Assembly (NCBI GenBank): GCA_020628955.1
Contig: JAHDEH010000001.1
Coordinates: 14,267-71,916 of the forward strand
Direction of reading: 5' to 3'
From: Alphaproteobacteria bacterium
GTDB lineage: Bacteria; Pseudomonadota; Alphaproteobacteria; Rickettsiales; Rickettsiaceae
DNA: 57,650 nucleotides
Part shown: piece after piece, positions 10,201 to 20,044 of the stretch
Position numbering within the stretch: position 1 is the first letter of the stretch
Layout: each line of letters begins with the position of its first letter
Notes under the pieces: generated by a model
The model's input: the letters and a program-made list of their open reading frames with translations, nothing else
What the model was told of the DNA's origin: nothing
The model's database searches: none
Position numbers and translations under genes: made by a program

Positions 10201-13200
10201 TACCATGCTCTGTTCCAAGGTTAGTAGTCACGCCACTTTCAGGGGAAACAAACCTAACATCTTGACCAAAGCGCAATATTGTTGATTTATCTTCTTCTAA
10301 AGTAACATTATCAAAACGTGTATTTATTGTGGAAGGTGCAGTAAAATATAGAGCACCTCCATTCATTTCTACATTTTTAATATTATTATAAGTAGCACTA
10401 AATTTAATCTCAGAATGTTTTGCATCAACATCTAGTAGCTTCAAAGCATTATCTGCGCTGCCCACAGCACCTGGAAAATTAACTTGATTTGCACCAACGC
10501 TCTCATCAATCCAGATAGTACCAGTTGCCTCGCTGCCTTGCGGATATACAATATCAAGATTTCTATCACCAACATTATTATACACTTTCAGCATACCATC
10601 TGTTGCGTGTTTGAAACGTATTCCCAGCGAATAGGCAACATTGCCACCAAGATGCACTTGACTTTCAAAAATGTCTAAATGCCTCACTCGTATATCGCCA
10701 CCAATAGTGACAACATCATTCGCGCCGCCATCTGCAACTATATTAATCATGTTATTTCTAGATATAATATATGGAAGCGTAGTATCTTGTACCCCTGCAG
10801 TGCTTTCGATCATTGCATTTTTCTTGAATATAATATTACCTCTGTTGGTTCCTCCAGATGAGTGCAGCTGCTTAGCATAAACATTGCCTTCAAACACTAA
10901 TGTGTCACCAGAACCAGAACCAATATGATCCGCATAAACATCGCCTTTAATAGTTGAAACACCAGCTGAATTGGCAAGTATACGCAAATGTCTATCTTGA
11001 GTACCGATTTGGCCATCAATAATACTTCCATTTCTGTGCAGCATCACAGCGCCAACACCATCATAGGCTGCAATAATCGGCCCGCCTATTCTTTCTTGAT
11101 CTTCTATATACGCATTCATTCGTTGCACTTCATTAGTGAAAATGAGCCCCTCAGTAGTCTCGAAATGATTCATCAGATCAAGTCTGGTATTTGCGCCCTC
11201 TAGAATCACTTTTTCAATATAAGCATCGCCATAAATCCTTACATAGTCACCGTCTGTAATAGTATTACGCATAACCATTTCACCAAGTGGCAATTTTTTG
11301 GTTCCCACCCCTTCATATATATTGGTGTGATCATTAAACACCACTTTACCACCGCCTTTTTCAGCGGTGATGCTAGCGCGTATATCTGACCTGTCGCCTA
11401 CTACCAATTCTGCATCTTTGTCCTTGAAAGTTAAGGCATATGTGTATATGTCATCTTGCGAAACCACAGTTCCAGGTCCCTGCAGCTCTACTTTTGTAAA
11501 TCTTCTGCCTGTTGCATCAGATATTCTATTTACAACCGCATTACCCTCGAACACTGCAGATCCATAAAGGTTTCTATATGGTCTAAATAGCCCATCTATA
11601 TGCACATTATTACCAACTGTCATTGTGCTATATTCTTGCAATTGCACTGCAATATCTGGTTTTACATAAATGCCGTCCGCAAAACGTAAATTAATATCTG
11701 GAGTTCTTGTTACTACATATTGTGCATAAACATCGCCTCGCAGCTCTGCTTTTGCTGGCTTGCTTGCCCAAGAATAGAAATTTAAGCTATTTACTCTTTG
11801 ATTGGCGCCAACGCTGCCTTCAATGACACTATTTGGTCTTAAATTGAAGTTACCATAGCCAGGTAGTGTATAGTCTAGGTCTGCATATGCACCATTAACG
11901 CGCCCACCTTCGCCGCGTGATGTTTTCTGAATTTCTGTATCTTTTTCAAGCCAAATTTGCCCTGTTCCTGTAAGCAACACATCCTGCACTTTTTTCTTGC
12001 CATGCAGATAAGCCTGACGACTAGTGTCACCACCGCGCAAGAACTTTAAATTGTGGGTATCACCACCATGAAAGCCATTATAGCTGACCAAAACATCGCC
12101 CCCAACAGCATTTGGATCCGCGGCATTTGCAACTATGTCTGTGTAAGCCCTGCCATTTGTGGTAGTTACACTAATTATATTTCCTTTTGCATTGCTGTAG
12201 TTCTTTGTACCATTTTTTGCAATTTCAACATTTGCATCAAATCCATTTAAGTCGATAGTTCCAGCTATAGTATTAGCATTGAGCCTTAATGTAGGTTGAG
12301 TATTTTCATTACCTGTTAATTTAATAGTGCTATCCTTGCCGCCAAAAACATTAGACCTAATTACTAGCTCTTTATCAGCCCCTAGCGATTCATATTCCAT
12401 ATATTTTGTATAAATTGCATTACCGGCACTAACAACAACATCATCTTTACCAATAATTTTTAAGCTCTTTGCTCTTGATTTTTCATTCCTACCAATATCA
12501 AAATTATTATAAATCAATAAAATTCCTCTATCGTCACCTTCAAGAATCACTTGGCCATGATCATCCTTTTCACCCCCTAGGCTTAAATTATAGCGTCCAT
12601 ATATTGCATTATCCTTTGTAGGGTCAGGAACGCGGCTAACTAAATGAAATGTTGAATATTCATTTTCGAATTTAACATGCGAATCTGTATGGTACATAAC
12701 ATATGTATATGCATATGCACTTTGACCTACATTGCGTATTTCTTGTTTAATATCACCAAATTTCAATGTTGCAGGGGCAGACGCGCCGCCAATATTAATA
12801 AATCTTGTAAGGCCAGAACGTGGGTGCGCCAGGCTAGTATCTGTTCTTGCATTAACAGTTAAGAAATTATAGCCAGCAATTTCTGCATTCATATCGATTG
12901 GTGCAGCTGGCTTTGTTCCGCCGCCAGCGACTGGGTTTGTTGCCGTGTCAAAATCAATATTAGAATATAGATTAGAACCACTAATAACATGAATACCGGA
13001 ATAATCTGGCGCAGCCGATGGGTTGAATGGGTTTTCGCCGGTAAACCAAGCTTCTCCGCCCTGAACTCTAATAACTACACGACCAGATTGAGTACTATCC
13101 TGCTTGATGCTACCAACAGCTAGCTTACCTTTATATACATTAACATCGCCAAGTCTAACTGCCGGATAATTTTCACCATCAATTTTCCTGTTTGCGTTAA

Positions 13201-13495
13201 TGCCCTTTAAATGCAGTATATTATTTTCATTATTTGGATAAATATTCAAAGGGTTTGCTGTATATTCGAAAGAGCCAATATAATCGCCATTTTTTAGTGG
13301 GCCGCGCTTGACAGTGCCTGTGAAGTCACCCGGCGCGCTTCCTGCTTCATAAAAATATCTTGGTATCATTGAATTTGCAATAGTCTGTGACCAAGCAATT
13401 TTTTCACTAGCAACTACATTTGACGCAATACTGGTCATAAATGCAACGGTTGACGCACCTGCTGTCAAGATTTTTTGTAACGATTTCTTATTCAT
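7250..13495 (-). CDS. Sca/OmpA-like autotransporter with degenerate passenger repeats and collagen-like stalk (ORF extends to 13510)
   Basis: N-terminal signal peptide; Gly/Asn/Thr-rich passenger; C-terminal barrel from YGAWINPF to GTLTVRVNF; RBS GGAAGG before ATG 13495. Confidence 0.9.
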   Translation of the reverse strand: MNKKSLQKILTAGASTVAFMTSIASNVVASEKIAWSQTIANSMIPRYFYEAGSAPGDFTGTVKRGPLKNGDYIGSFEYTANPLNIYPNNENNILHLKGINANRKIDGENYPAVRLGDVNVYKGKLAVGSIKQDSTQSGRVVIRVQGGEAWFTGENPFNPSAAPDYSGIHVISGSNLYSNIDFDTATNPVAGGGTKPAAPIDMNAEIAGYNFLTVNARTDTSLAHPRSGLTRFINIGGASAPATLKFGDIKQEIRNVGQSAYAYTYVMYHTDSHVKFENEYSTFHLVSRVPDPTKDNAIYGRYNLSLGGEKDDHGQVILEGDDRGILLIYNNFDIGRNEKSRAKSLKIIGKDDVVVSAGNAIYTKYMEYESLGADKELVIRSNVFGGKDSTIKLTGNENTQPTLRLNANTIAGTIDLNGFDANVEIAKNGTKNYSNAKGNIISVTTTNGRAYTDIVANAADPNAVGGDVLVSYNGFHGGDTHNLKFLRGGDTSRQAYLHGKKKVQDVLLTGTGQIWLEKDTEIQKTSRGEGGRVNGAYADLDYTLPGYGNFNLRPNSVIEGSVGANQRVNSLNFYSWASKPAKAELRGDVYAQYVVTRTPDINLRFADGIYVKPDIAVQLQEYSTMTVGNNVHIDGLFRPYRNLYGSAVFEGNAVVNRISDATGRRFTKVELQGPGTVVSQDDIYTYALTFKDKDAELVVGDRSDIRASITAEKGGGKVVFNDHTNIYEGVGTKKLPLGEMVMRNTITDGDYVRIYGDAYIEKVILEGANTRLDLMNHFETTEGLIFTNEVQRMNAYIEDQERIGGPIIAAYDGVGAVMLHRNGSIIDGQIGTQDRHLRILANSAGVSTIKGDVYADHIGSGSGDTLVFEGNVYAKQLHSSGGTNRGNIIFKKNAMIESTAGVQDTTLPYIISRNNMINIVADGGANDVVTIGGDIRVRHLDIFESQVHLGGNVAYSLGIRFKHATDGMLKVYNNVGDRNLDIVYPQGSEATGTIWIDESVGANQVNFPGAVGSADNALKLLDVDAKHSEIKFSATYNNIKNVEMNGGALYFTAPSTINTRFDNVTLEEDKSTILRFGQDVRFVSPESGVTTNLGTEHGNKLKYIKFDSDRLITLSDGVNLFADHIITDIKKPGTSWGRIDMQGNSTFSAPTIAPSGDHLNALRVSGQLSDIARLVGKHKFGGAVVALDSTLEIDSSIEASSIHGWAPKRGALRTVAKNGAIYVDGPVGNVGNNTFASVEAAGKYDTYYKQDVHMGAGDRFIFKGEDDIRAIFEGAGSDIGKADYANQNTINANGDIPVGTVVLPATMTVFTGNLGDDGSGDNLLSFGNNILKFQLGPNANASFAAANMKNVDFCTSESGTGMLDLAMVNPYLMQSLGSMDKKFEEVKFSTSGHEVANSIYAKDIIVDAAASAKFGGEVHADNAMTVGGTSIFKDGIELHAAIEGAVAGSGVLEFEGHATIHRNIGETSPLAKIAFADDATKTNVLKAGIISATNIDFMKSNVILDANIYATGAVSLNDTKMNLNDKDLIVDGMTTINGNTELTFTILDELAGGFRGGQIQTNGLTFGAGSVLTLNIEDSISHREAGLEYDAIINSGTFSGAPTIVVNDGYDPTSTWTAAASAGGVKLTLASVTPTPGIEGTGIGEEGEQGDQGDQGPTGDQGVQGNNGPKGIQGNVGPQGAVGIQGVQGNNGPKGGQGPQGVVGAPGPQGPAGVAGATIPGATTTGGGGTGGSGGPLTVAPSTTLSASGQAAQGEISEQLDDTGRVVANDLGDHAGGLPSFDGFVMNTEGQITGTSAGYVDDAAKYGAWINPFYKITTQKKYKEDAGFKAETFGVNAGLDFRASEDVIVGGAFTFSSKDIKHKDQKKGDKTKLNSYMLSMYALGQITDRVFTDVIATVGVHNVHIRDVRVNPTNQTTETARAKYEAMSFAFEGLMGAKFATKYATFIPSAGVRYTRVASASYEEKDAGINNTVKLKAINDVSAIADLKIAAPAFKFAELDVSPSIHAGILHDLVGKKPSQEISSSAGNAQNKARKVIRTEYTFGAEINAENGRMEYGIGYDFKMAKKRISHLGTLTVRVNF
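8342..8566 (-). repeat. collagen-like (Gly-X-Y)25 repeat within the autotransporter
   Basis: GEE GEQ GDQ GDQ GPT ... GPA GVA GAT; GVQGNNGPKG duplicated 72 nt apart. Confidence 0.92.
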
Positions 13496-13764
13496 AATTT
13501 CCCTTCCCATATTTGTTATATTCAGATTAAAGCAAGTGATATGTTGATAAATATTGCTATAGCCTAAAAAATTTAATTATCATCAAAATTACTGTATTGC
13601 TTGCGCATAAATAATTTTATAACATCTTTAGTATAACTAGTAATAATAAAATAAAGCAAGAGTTGCGTGAATGTGTTTGCGTATAAATTTTAAAACTATA
13701 TTTATTTTGCAACAGTGAGTTAAAGATATGTAATGAAGTTATATTGTATATTTATCTACAATTA

Positions 13765-14781
13765 TTATTCATTATCGCCTAAATGCTTTAATTCATGGTT
13801 ATGAATTTGTAATTCTGCTTCTGATAGTAAAGTGATGATATTTGGATGCTGCATCGCTTTGGCGATATCAAGCGCGCTATGCTCGCGCCAATTTTGAATA
13901 TGGGGGGATGCATTATGGTTCAGCAGTAACTTGGTCAGTGAAGCGCTATTTTGAAAACTTGCATAATGCAGAGCTGTATTTGTGTCAGATCCTTGTGCAT
14001 TCACGTTTGCTTTTTGCAATAGCAATTTTTTTACCAGTAAATTATTAGTATCTTTTGCTGCTATAATTATAGCTTCATCACGAGATTCATTTATATTAGA
14101 TGAAGATTCAAGAATTATAATCGCAAGCTGAGTAAAGCTTTTTCGCGCAGCTATCAAAAGCGGAGAATCTAGAGATTTTGAAATATGGTTTATATCAGCT
14201 CCATTTTCAATCAAAAATTTAGCAGTTTTAATGTTATTATTTCTACATGCAAAGAAAACAGGCGTCTCTTGGCTCCACTCGTCCTGAATGTTTACATCAG
14301 CTTTATTGCTAATTAATAATTCTGTTATAGCCATATTGCCTATCTCTGCTGCGTAATGCAATGCAGATAGCCCGTAATTATCTGCTGCGCTTATATTAAA
14401 ATCTAATCCTGCTAATATTTCCAATTTTTTTACGCTTCTTGCAATTACTGCATTATGAATTAATGTTCTTCCATCTGCGTCTGCTGCATCTATATTAACA
14501 CCAAGAAATCCTAATATAGGAATTACATGAAATTCATTATTTGCAACTGCCATTGCAAGCAATTCATACTCCGAGATAGGCTCTTGTTGATGATTAGCAT
14601 ATTTCGATAAAAATTCAATAATATCAAAATAATGTTCTGCAGATTGATGATATAGCTGCAATATAGATTCTTTGGAAACAAGATTGCTAAATTTATCAAT
14701 TAATGAGACAATTTCCTCCCCTCGCCCCTCTTCTTCCAAAGAATCGTCTAATCGCTCTATTTTTTGCGCCCTGCGAAGCAT
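13765..14781 (-). CDS. ankyrin repeat protein (candidate effector)
   Basis: About 7-8 ANK units: TLIHNAV, SALHYAA, TPVFFAC, SPLLIAA, TALHYAS, SALDIA. Confidence 0.9.
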   Translation of the reverse strand: MLRRAQKIERLDDSLEEEGRGEEIVSLIDKFSNLVSKESILQLYHQSAEHYFDIIEFLSKYANHQQEPISEYELLAMAVANNEFHVIPILGFLGVNIDAADADGRTLIHNAVIARSVKKLEILAGLDFNISAADNYGLSALHYAAEIGNMAITELLISNKADVNIQDEWSQETPVFFACRNNNIKTAKFLIENGADINHISKSLDSPLLIAARKSFTQLAIIILESSSNINESRDEAIIIAAKDTNNLLVKKLLLQKANVNAQGSDTNTALHYASFQNSASLTKLLLNHNASPHIQNWREHSALDIAKAMQHPNIITLLSEAELQIHNHELKHLGDNE

Positions 14782-14912
14782 ATAAATCCCAAGCTAAAAT
14801 TATTATTATTTTAGCTTAAAATTAAATATAAAAAAAATAAACAAAACTGTTAAAATAGAATTAGATATAGTAAAACAAAAATTTGCTATTAGATAATTTA
14901 ATCACAAAATAA

Positions 14913-15512
14913 TTAAATCGACTCCACTACAGAAAGTTGCAGCTCTTTATAGCCAAGCGCATTTTTGCTGCTGGTGATGATATATTTGCAGCCTATGCCA
15001 CGCTCTGCAAATTCTTGTTCGGTAATTTTTTTAAATTCCTCAATATTTTTTACTTTATCTGCTTTTGTAAAAATAATTTGATAGCTACATTGTAGTTCAT
15101 CTAGCAACTCTATCACTTCAATATCATTTGGTTTCAGGCCTCTTCGCGCGTCGACTAAAACATTGACTAGAGCAAGCTTTTCGTTTTCTTTTAAGTAATA
15201 ATAGATCAGTTCATTCCATTGATTTCTTAAGTTTCTAGATACTTTTGCAAAGCCGTATCCTGGTAAATCTGCAATAAGTAATTTTTCAGCAATTGAGAAG
15301 AAATTGATCTGCTGGGTTCTGCCTGGCGTGTGCGACACTCTGGCAAGCGCTTTTCTCTTGCATATTGTGTTGATTAAACTAGATTTCCCAACATTAGACT
15401 TGCCAATAAATGCAATTTGAGGCAAAAACAATTTTGGGAATTGCTTAATTTTTGCAACCCCTGCAACGAATTTTGCCTCTTGTTTAAAAATATTAGTAGA
15501 AATTTTTGCCAT
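14913..15512 (-). CDS. engB: ribosome biogenesis GTPase YihA/EngB
   Basis: GKSNVGKSS, TPGRTQ, DLPGYG and TKADK motifs. Confidence 0.95.
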   Translation of the reverse strand: MAKISTNIFKQEAKFVAGVAKIKQFPKLFLPQIAFIGKSNVGKSSLINTICKRKALARVSHTPGRTQQINFFSIAEKLLIADLPGYGFAKVSRNLRNQWNELIYYYLKENEKLALVNVLVDARRGLKPNDIEVIELLDELQCSYQIIFTKADKVKNIEEFKKITEQEFAERGIGCKYIITSSKNALGYKELQLSVVESI

Positions 15513-15517
15513 TATTT

Positions 15518-17221
15518 TTATTTAGACAATTTATTTATATAGCTTTGCTGCACGATGGACAAAACATTATTCCATGACCAATAAATTAATAATCCAGCCG
15601 GGAAGCTAGAGAATAAAAACAGGAACATTAGCGGCATTAATTTCATCACTTTTGCCTGAACTGGATCCGTTGGCTCTGGTGACATCCTTTGCTGCAGGAA
15701 CATGGTAGTTGCCATAATGATTGGCCAAGCACCGATCATCAAGAATCCTGGCGGCGTGAATGGCAACAATCCAAATAGATTGAATATGCTGGTTGGGTCC
15801 GGCGCTGAAAGGTCCATAATCCAGCCAAAGAAAGGTGCATGACGCATTTCAATCGTTACATATAGCACTTTATATATCGAGAAGAAAACCGGAATTTGTA
15901 CAAACATTGGCAAGCAACCAGAAACTGGATTCACTTTTTCTCGCTTGTAAAGCGCCATTACCTCTTGATTTAATCTTGGCTTATCTTCTGCATAAAGCTC
16001 TTTTAGCCTATCCATTTGTGGCTGCAACTTCTTCATCTTCTTCATAGATTTATACGATTTATTCGCAACCGAGAACATAGCGACCTTGATAATCACCGTA
16101 ACTATCATAATACTGAGGCCAAAATTTCCAACATATTTATAGAAGAAGTTCATTAGATTAAAGATAGGCTTGGTTAAAATATAGAACCAACCAAAGTCAA
16201 TTGCTCTGTCGAACAACTCAAGACCAAGCTGCGCTTCATATTTATCCAGTAGCTTCACTTTTTTTGCACCAGCAAACATATGGTGCGTAAGCTGCATTTC
16301 TTCTCCTGGCTCTATTATTTTAGCTTCCGAGATATAATCTGCTTGATATTTATCTTGGCCAGATTTTAATGCAAAATTATAATTTGCTGAATATTTTTCT
16401 GATTTGTCAGGAATGAAAGCAGTCAGCCAATATTTATCGGTAATACCTATCCATTCTAAATCACCTTTTTTAAAATTTTTCTTTTTATCATCTTTAATTT
16501 TATCGTAAGTATATTCCTGCAGCTGGCCATCTATTGCTCCAATCATGCCCTGGTGCAGAATATTACCCATAGATTTTGAGCTTGGCGCATGGTTTTTATT
16601 AATAATACCATAAAATTGAGTTGAAATTGGAGCGCTTGAATTATTACTGATCTTTTGCTGCAGGGTAAATAAATAATCCTCATCAAGATCTACGATTATA
16701 GTAAAGGTTACATTTTTGCTATTAGTCCAAGTAAATTTCACCGGCTGTCCTGGTACTATTTCTTCTCTATCTGCTTGCCAAATTGTTGAAGAATTTGGGT
16801 AATCTTGGGAATTTTTATTGCTCCACCAACCAATTTCTGCAAAGTAGCTTTGCTTTCCTTCAGCAGGCGATAGTAATTTCACTGATTTGCTATCATCGCC
16901 CAAATTCTCCTTGTAGCGCAGTAATGTAAGCTCATCAAACCTAAGACCTTTGGTTGAAATTGAACCAGAAATAACTTTTGAGTTTATTTTAATTCTTGAG
17001 CCCTTATCTTCTTGAGCTGCTTGTGTTTCTTGAGCTTTTGCATCTTGGGATTCTTTTATCCTAATTTGTTTTTCTTTTAGCTTTTTCATTTTTAAATGAT
17101 AAGCACGCGTTGCCTGCGCCGCTTTTTCGATTCTTGGCTGCTCTACAAAATAGTGCCATCCAGCAATAACTGCTATTGACAAAATAATTGCTGCTATTAG
17201 ATTAGGTAGATTATTATTCAT
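15518..17221 (-). CDS. yidC: membrane protein insertase YidC
   Basis: [29 protein letters not shown] and GLLIYW motifs. Confidence 0.97.
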   Translation of the reverse strand: MNNNLPNLIAAIILSIAVIAGWHYFVEQPRIEKAAQATRAYHLKMKKLKEKQIRIKESQDAKAQETQAAQEDKGSRIKINSKVISGSISTKGLRFDELTLLRYKENLGDDSKSVKLLSPAEGKQSYFAEIGWWSNKNSQDYPNSSTIWQADREEIVPGQPVKFTWTNSKNVTFTIIVDLDEDYLFTLQQKISNNSSAPISTQFYGIINKNHAPSSKSMGNILHQGMIGAIDGQLQEYTYDKIKDDKKKNFKKGDLEWIGITDKYWLTAFIPDKSEKYSANYNFALKSGQDKYQADYISEAKIIEPGEEMQLTHHMFAGAKKVKLLDKYEAQLGLELFDRAIDFGWFYILTKPIFNLMNFFYKYVGNFGLSIMIVTVIIKVAMFSVANKSYKSMKKMKKLQPQMDRLKELYAEDKPRLNQEVMALYKREKVNPVSGCLPMFVQIPVFFSIYKVLYVTIEMRHAPFFGWIMDLSAPDPTSIFNLFGLLPFTPPGFLMIGAWPIIMATTMFLQQRMSPEPTDPVQAKVMKLMPLMFLFLFSSFPAGLLIYWSWNNVLSIVQQSYINKLSK

Positions 17222-17331
17222 AATAAAATTTGTATATTTAGTAAAAACTCAATTGCAGAGTTTTAACCTAATTTGCAAAAAAAATCAAGTTTAATATAAA
17301 ATTTAAATAATAATTAATTAATAGTACTAAT

Positions 17332-18324
17332 ATGAAGAAGAATATAGCAATAATTGGTGCTGGCATGTCTGGCCTTGCAGCTGCACATTATCTGCAAAAA
17401 GATACAAACATAACTATTTTTGAAAAATCAAGAGGAGTGGGTGGCCGCATGGCTAGCAGAACAAGAAATGGCTATAGATTCGACTTTGGTGCACAATTTT
17501 TTACTATAAAAGATAAGAGATTTCAAAAATTTGTAGATGAAATTGGCGTTTGCACAGCTTGGGGTGCTAGATTCGCTGAAATTGATAATACAAAAATTAT
17601 AAGGAAAACAAATTGGGATGATGAATATATTCACTATGTACCAACTCCTTCCATGAATCAATTATGCAAAGAGGTTGTAAAGCATTGCAACAAAAATGTA
17701 AGACTGCAGCTGGAAAGCAAAATAATATCAGTAAATTACGAACCGTTACAAAAAAAATGGCAGATAACGAGCCAGGATGGCAATATTAATCTTTTTGATT
17801 CCTTGGTTTGCTCGGCCCCCTATGAGCAAATGATTGAATTGATTCCTGAGATCTTTATAAATAAAATGCAGATAAAAAAACGCAAGATGCAAAGCTGCTA
17901 TGCGCTGATGATCGGCAATGAGGAGCAGCTTGATTTTGGTTTTGACGCGGCCCTTATTAAAAATTCAAATTTAAGCTGGATGTCAATAAATAGCAGCAAA
18001 CCTGGCAGGGCAAAAGAATTTACATTGGTGGCGCTTGCAACTAATCAATGGGCAGATGAACATATAGAAAAGGATGCAGCTTATGTAAAAAATTCCATGC
18101 TTGCATCAATAAGAGAAATTACAAATCATGATTTTTCCGATGCAAAGCATATCGATCTGCACAAATGGCGATATGCAAACATTAATAAACAAAATAACGC
18201 ACAATGTTACCACGACGAAGATACAAACTTATTTTTATGCGGTGATTGGTGCATTCAAGGAAGAATAGAAGCTGCTTATATTAGCGGCCTTGAGGCAGCG
18301 CAACTAATCAAAGATTCTCTTTAA
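17332..18324 (+). CDS. renalase-like NAD(P)/FAD-dependent oxidoreductase
   Basis: GAGMSG, EKSRGVGGRM, FDFGAQFFT, WRYA and CGDWC..GRIEAAYISG. Confidence 0.85.
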   Translation: MKKNIAIIGAGMSGLAAAHYLQKDTNITIFEKSRGVGGRMASRTRNGYRFDFGAQFFTIKDKRFQKFVDEIGVCTAWGARFAEIDNTKIIRKTNWDDEYIHYVPTPSMNQLCKEVVKHCNKNVRLQLESKIISVNYEPLQKKWQITSQDGNINLFDSLVCSAPYEQMIELIPEIFINKMQIKKRKMQSCYALMIGNEEQLDFGFDAALIKNSNLSWMSINSSKPGRAKEFTLVALATNQWADEHIEKDAAYVKNSMLASIREITNHDFSDAKHIDLHKWRYANINKQNNAQCYHDEDTNLFLCGDWCIQGRIEAAYISGLEAAQLIKDSL

Positions 18325-18424
18325 CGCGAATCTCGGGATAGAAAAGCTTAAATATCAACAATTTACGAAAAAAAACTTGTCAAACACTAACTAAATAAAT
18401 GTAAAAAATAATATAAAAATTTTT

Positions 18425-18460
18425 AAACTCTTATGAAGAACCGCTTCAAATAAGAGTTTT
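18425..18460. terminator. probable bidirectional terminator hairpin between convergent genes
   Basis: AAACTCTTAT-GAAG-N5-CTTC-AA-ATAAGAGTTT. Confidence 0.55.
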
Positions 18461-18520
18461 CAATATAAAAACCCAGTACTCGAAATAGCGCAGCTAATGA
18501 GGGGACTGCCGTACTTTAAA

Positions 18521-19870
18521 TTATTTGCCTATACAAAAATTACTAAATATCTCGCCCAGTATATCATCTACAGTAATTGCACCTGTTATATTACTGATTG
18601 CGCGCATTGTCATTCGAAGGTCTTCTGCAGCAAGTACCAAATCGTTATTTAGCGAAAATTCTTCCATATAACTGAGTGCAAGCTGCAGCTGCCCCCTGTG
18701 ACGCGCCCTGGTTATTTGCGGCGATTCGCTCGGCCTTGCAATTTTTTCTGCTATTGCTTTTATTGCTTTTAATATTTCATCTGTGTTAATTTCATTTTTA
18801 ATAGACACTTTTAATATTAAAGATGCATTATCTTTTGTGAATTTATTATCATCTATATCAACACTTATCTTATCAATTTTATTTAGCAAAATTATGCTAT
18901 TATCGTCTATAAATCTACTAAACTCTTCCGTGTTTTGACTCTTGTCAGTTACATCGTGCATGATAATTTTTATATCGGCGCTATCTGCCACATCCTTGGC
19001 TCGCTGCATACCTTCTTTCTCTATTGCGTCTGATGTATTATCTCTGATGCCTGCAGTATCTTGAATGATAATTGGATAGCCATCAATATCAAGGTGACCT
19101 TCAATAACGTCGCGCGTTGTACCTGAAATATCCGAAACTATGGCAACATTTCTTTGCATCAAAAAATTAAGTAAACTAGATTTACCAGCATTTGGCTTGC
19201 CTATAATTGCAAGCTTTATGCCCTGCCGCAGGCGCTCACCGCGATTATTATCATCCAAATGAATTCGTATAGTGCTAGACAAATCCTCTACAAGCTCATT
19301 AATTTCAGATGTCATTTCCTGGGGAATATCTTCATCTGGAAAATCAATATAAGCTTCCACAAGGCTAATCGCTGCAAGTAATTTCTTGCGCCAGCTTTCG
19401 TAAATATCTGCAAGCCCACCGCCTAGCTGTCTTATGGCTTGCTTATGTTGCAAATATGTCTCGGCATCTATCAAATCAGCTAAGCCTTCTGCTGCCGTTA
19501 AATCAATTTTACCATTTAAAAAAGAACGTCTTGCAAATTCTCCAGGCTCTGCTATGCGCACATCAGGCAATGATGATAACATTTCATGCATCATTTTCAG
19601 CACCGCGATACTGCCGTGAGTATGAATTTCAACTGAATCTTCACCTGTAAAACTTGCACTACCTTGGAAAAGAACTATCATAGCCTCATCTACTGGCTCA
19701 TTATTTTTAGGATTATATATTTTTTGAAAATACATTTTCCTAGCCTGCATTTTAGACACATCATCTTTAATAATTAATTGCAGTGTTTTTAATGCTGATG
19801 GCCCTGAAATTCTAAAAACAGCAACGCCGGCTTTTCCTGGCGCTGAACATTGAGCAAAAATAGTATTCAT
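18521..19870 (-). CDS. mnmE: tRNA modification GTPase MnmE
   Basis: FTGED, GKPNAGKSS, GTTRD, DTAG, NKID and C-terminal FCIGK. Confidence 0.97.
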   Translation of the reverse strand: MNTIFAQCSAPGKAGVAVFRISGPSALKTLQLIIKDDVSKMQARKMYFQKIYNPKNNEPVDEAMIVLFQGSASFTGEDSVEIHTHGSIAVLKMMHEMLSSLPDVRIAEPGEFARRSFLNGKIDLTAAEGLADLIDAETYLQHKQAIRQLGGGLADIYESWRKKLLAAISLVEAYIDFPDEDIPQEMTSEINELVEDLSSTIRIHLDDNNRGERLRQGIKLAIIGKPNAGKSSLLNFLMQRNVAIVSDISGTTRDVIEGHLDIDGYPIIIQDTAGIRDNTSDAIEKEGMQRAKDVADSADIKIIMHDVTDKSQNTEEFSRFIDDNSIILLNKIDKISVDIDDNKFTKDNASLILKVSIKNEINTDEILKAIKAIAEKIARPSESPQITRARHRGQLQLALSYMEEFSLNNDLVLAAEDLRMTMRAISNITGAITVDDILGEIFSNFCIGK

Positions 19871-20044
19871 TAAATTTATCTAAATAGTTGATAATAATTA
19901 TTATTTCTTATATCATATATATAAGGAAAATTCTATTTTATAAAAAATAAAATGAAATATTTAATAATTTTACTGTTTATTTTAGCGTAATAAGCGTTTA
20001 TAAAGCAATAAATTTATTTAAAAAATAATTTGAAATATACAAAA

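Noticed and set aside
7353-12862. Many short plus-strand ORFs inside the autotransporter
   Set aside because: Antisense shadows of a long, relatively GC-rich gene; the same applies to shadows in gdh, tsf, murB and others
18470-18516. Short GC-richer stretch after the mnmE stop as a possible sRNA
   Set aside because: No recognisable family, second copy or convincing promoter-terminator pair
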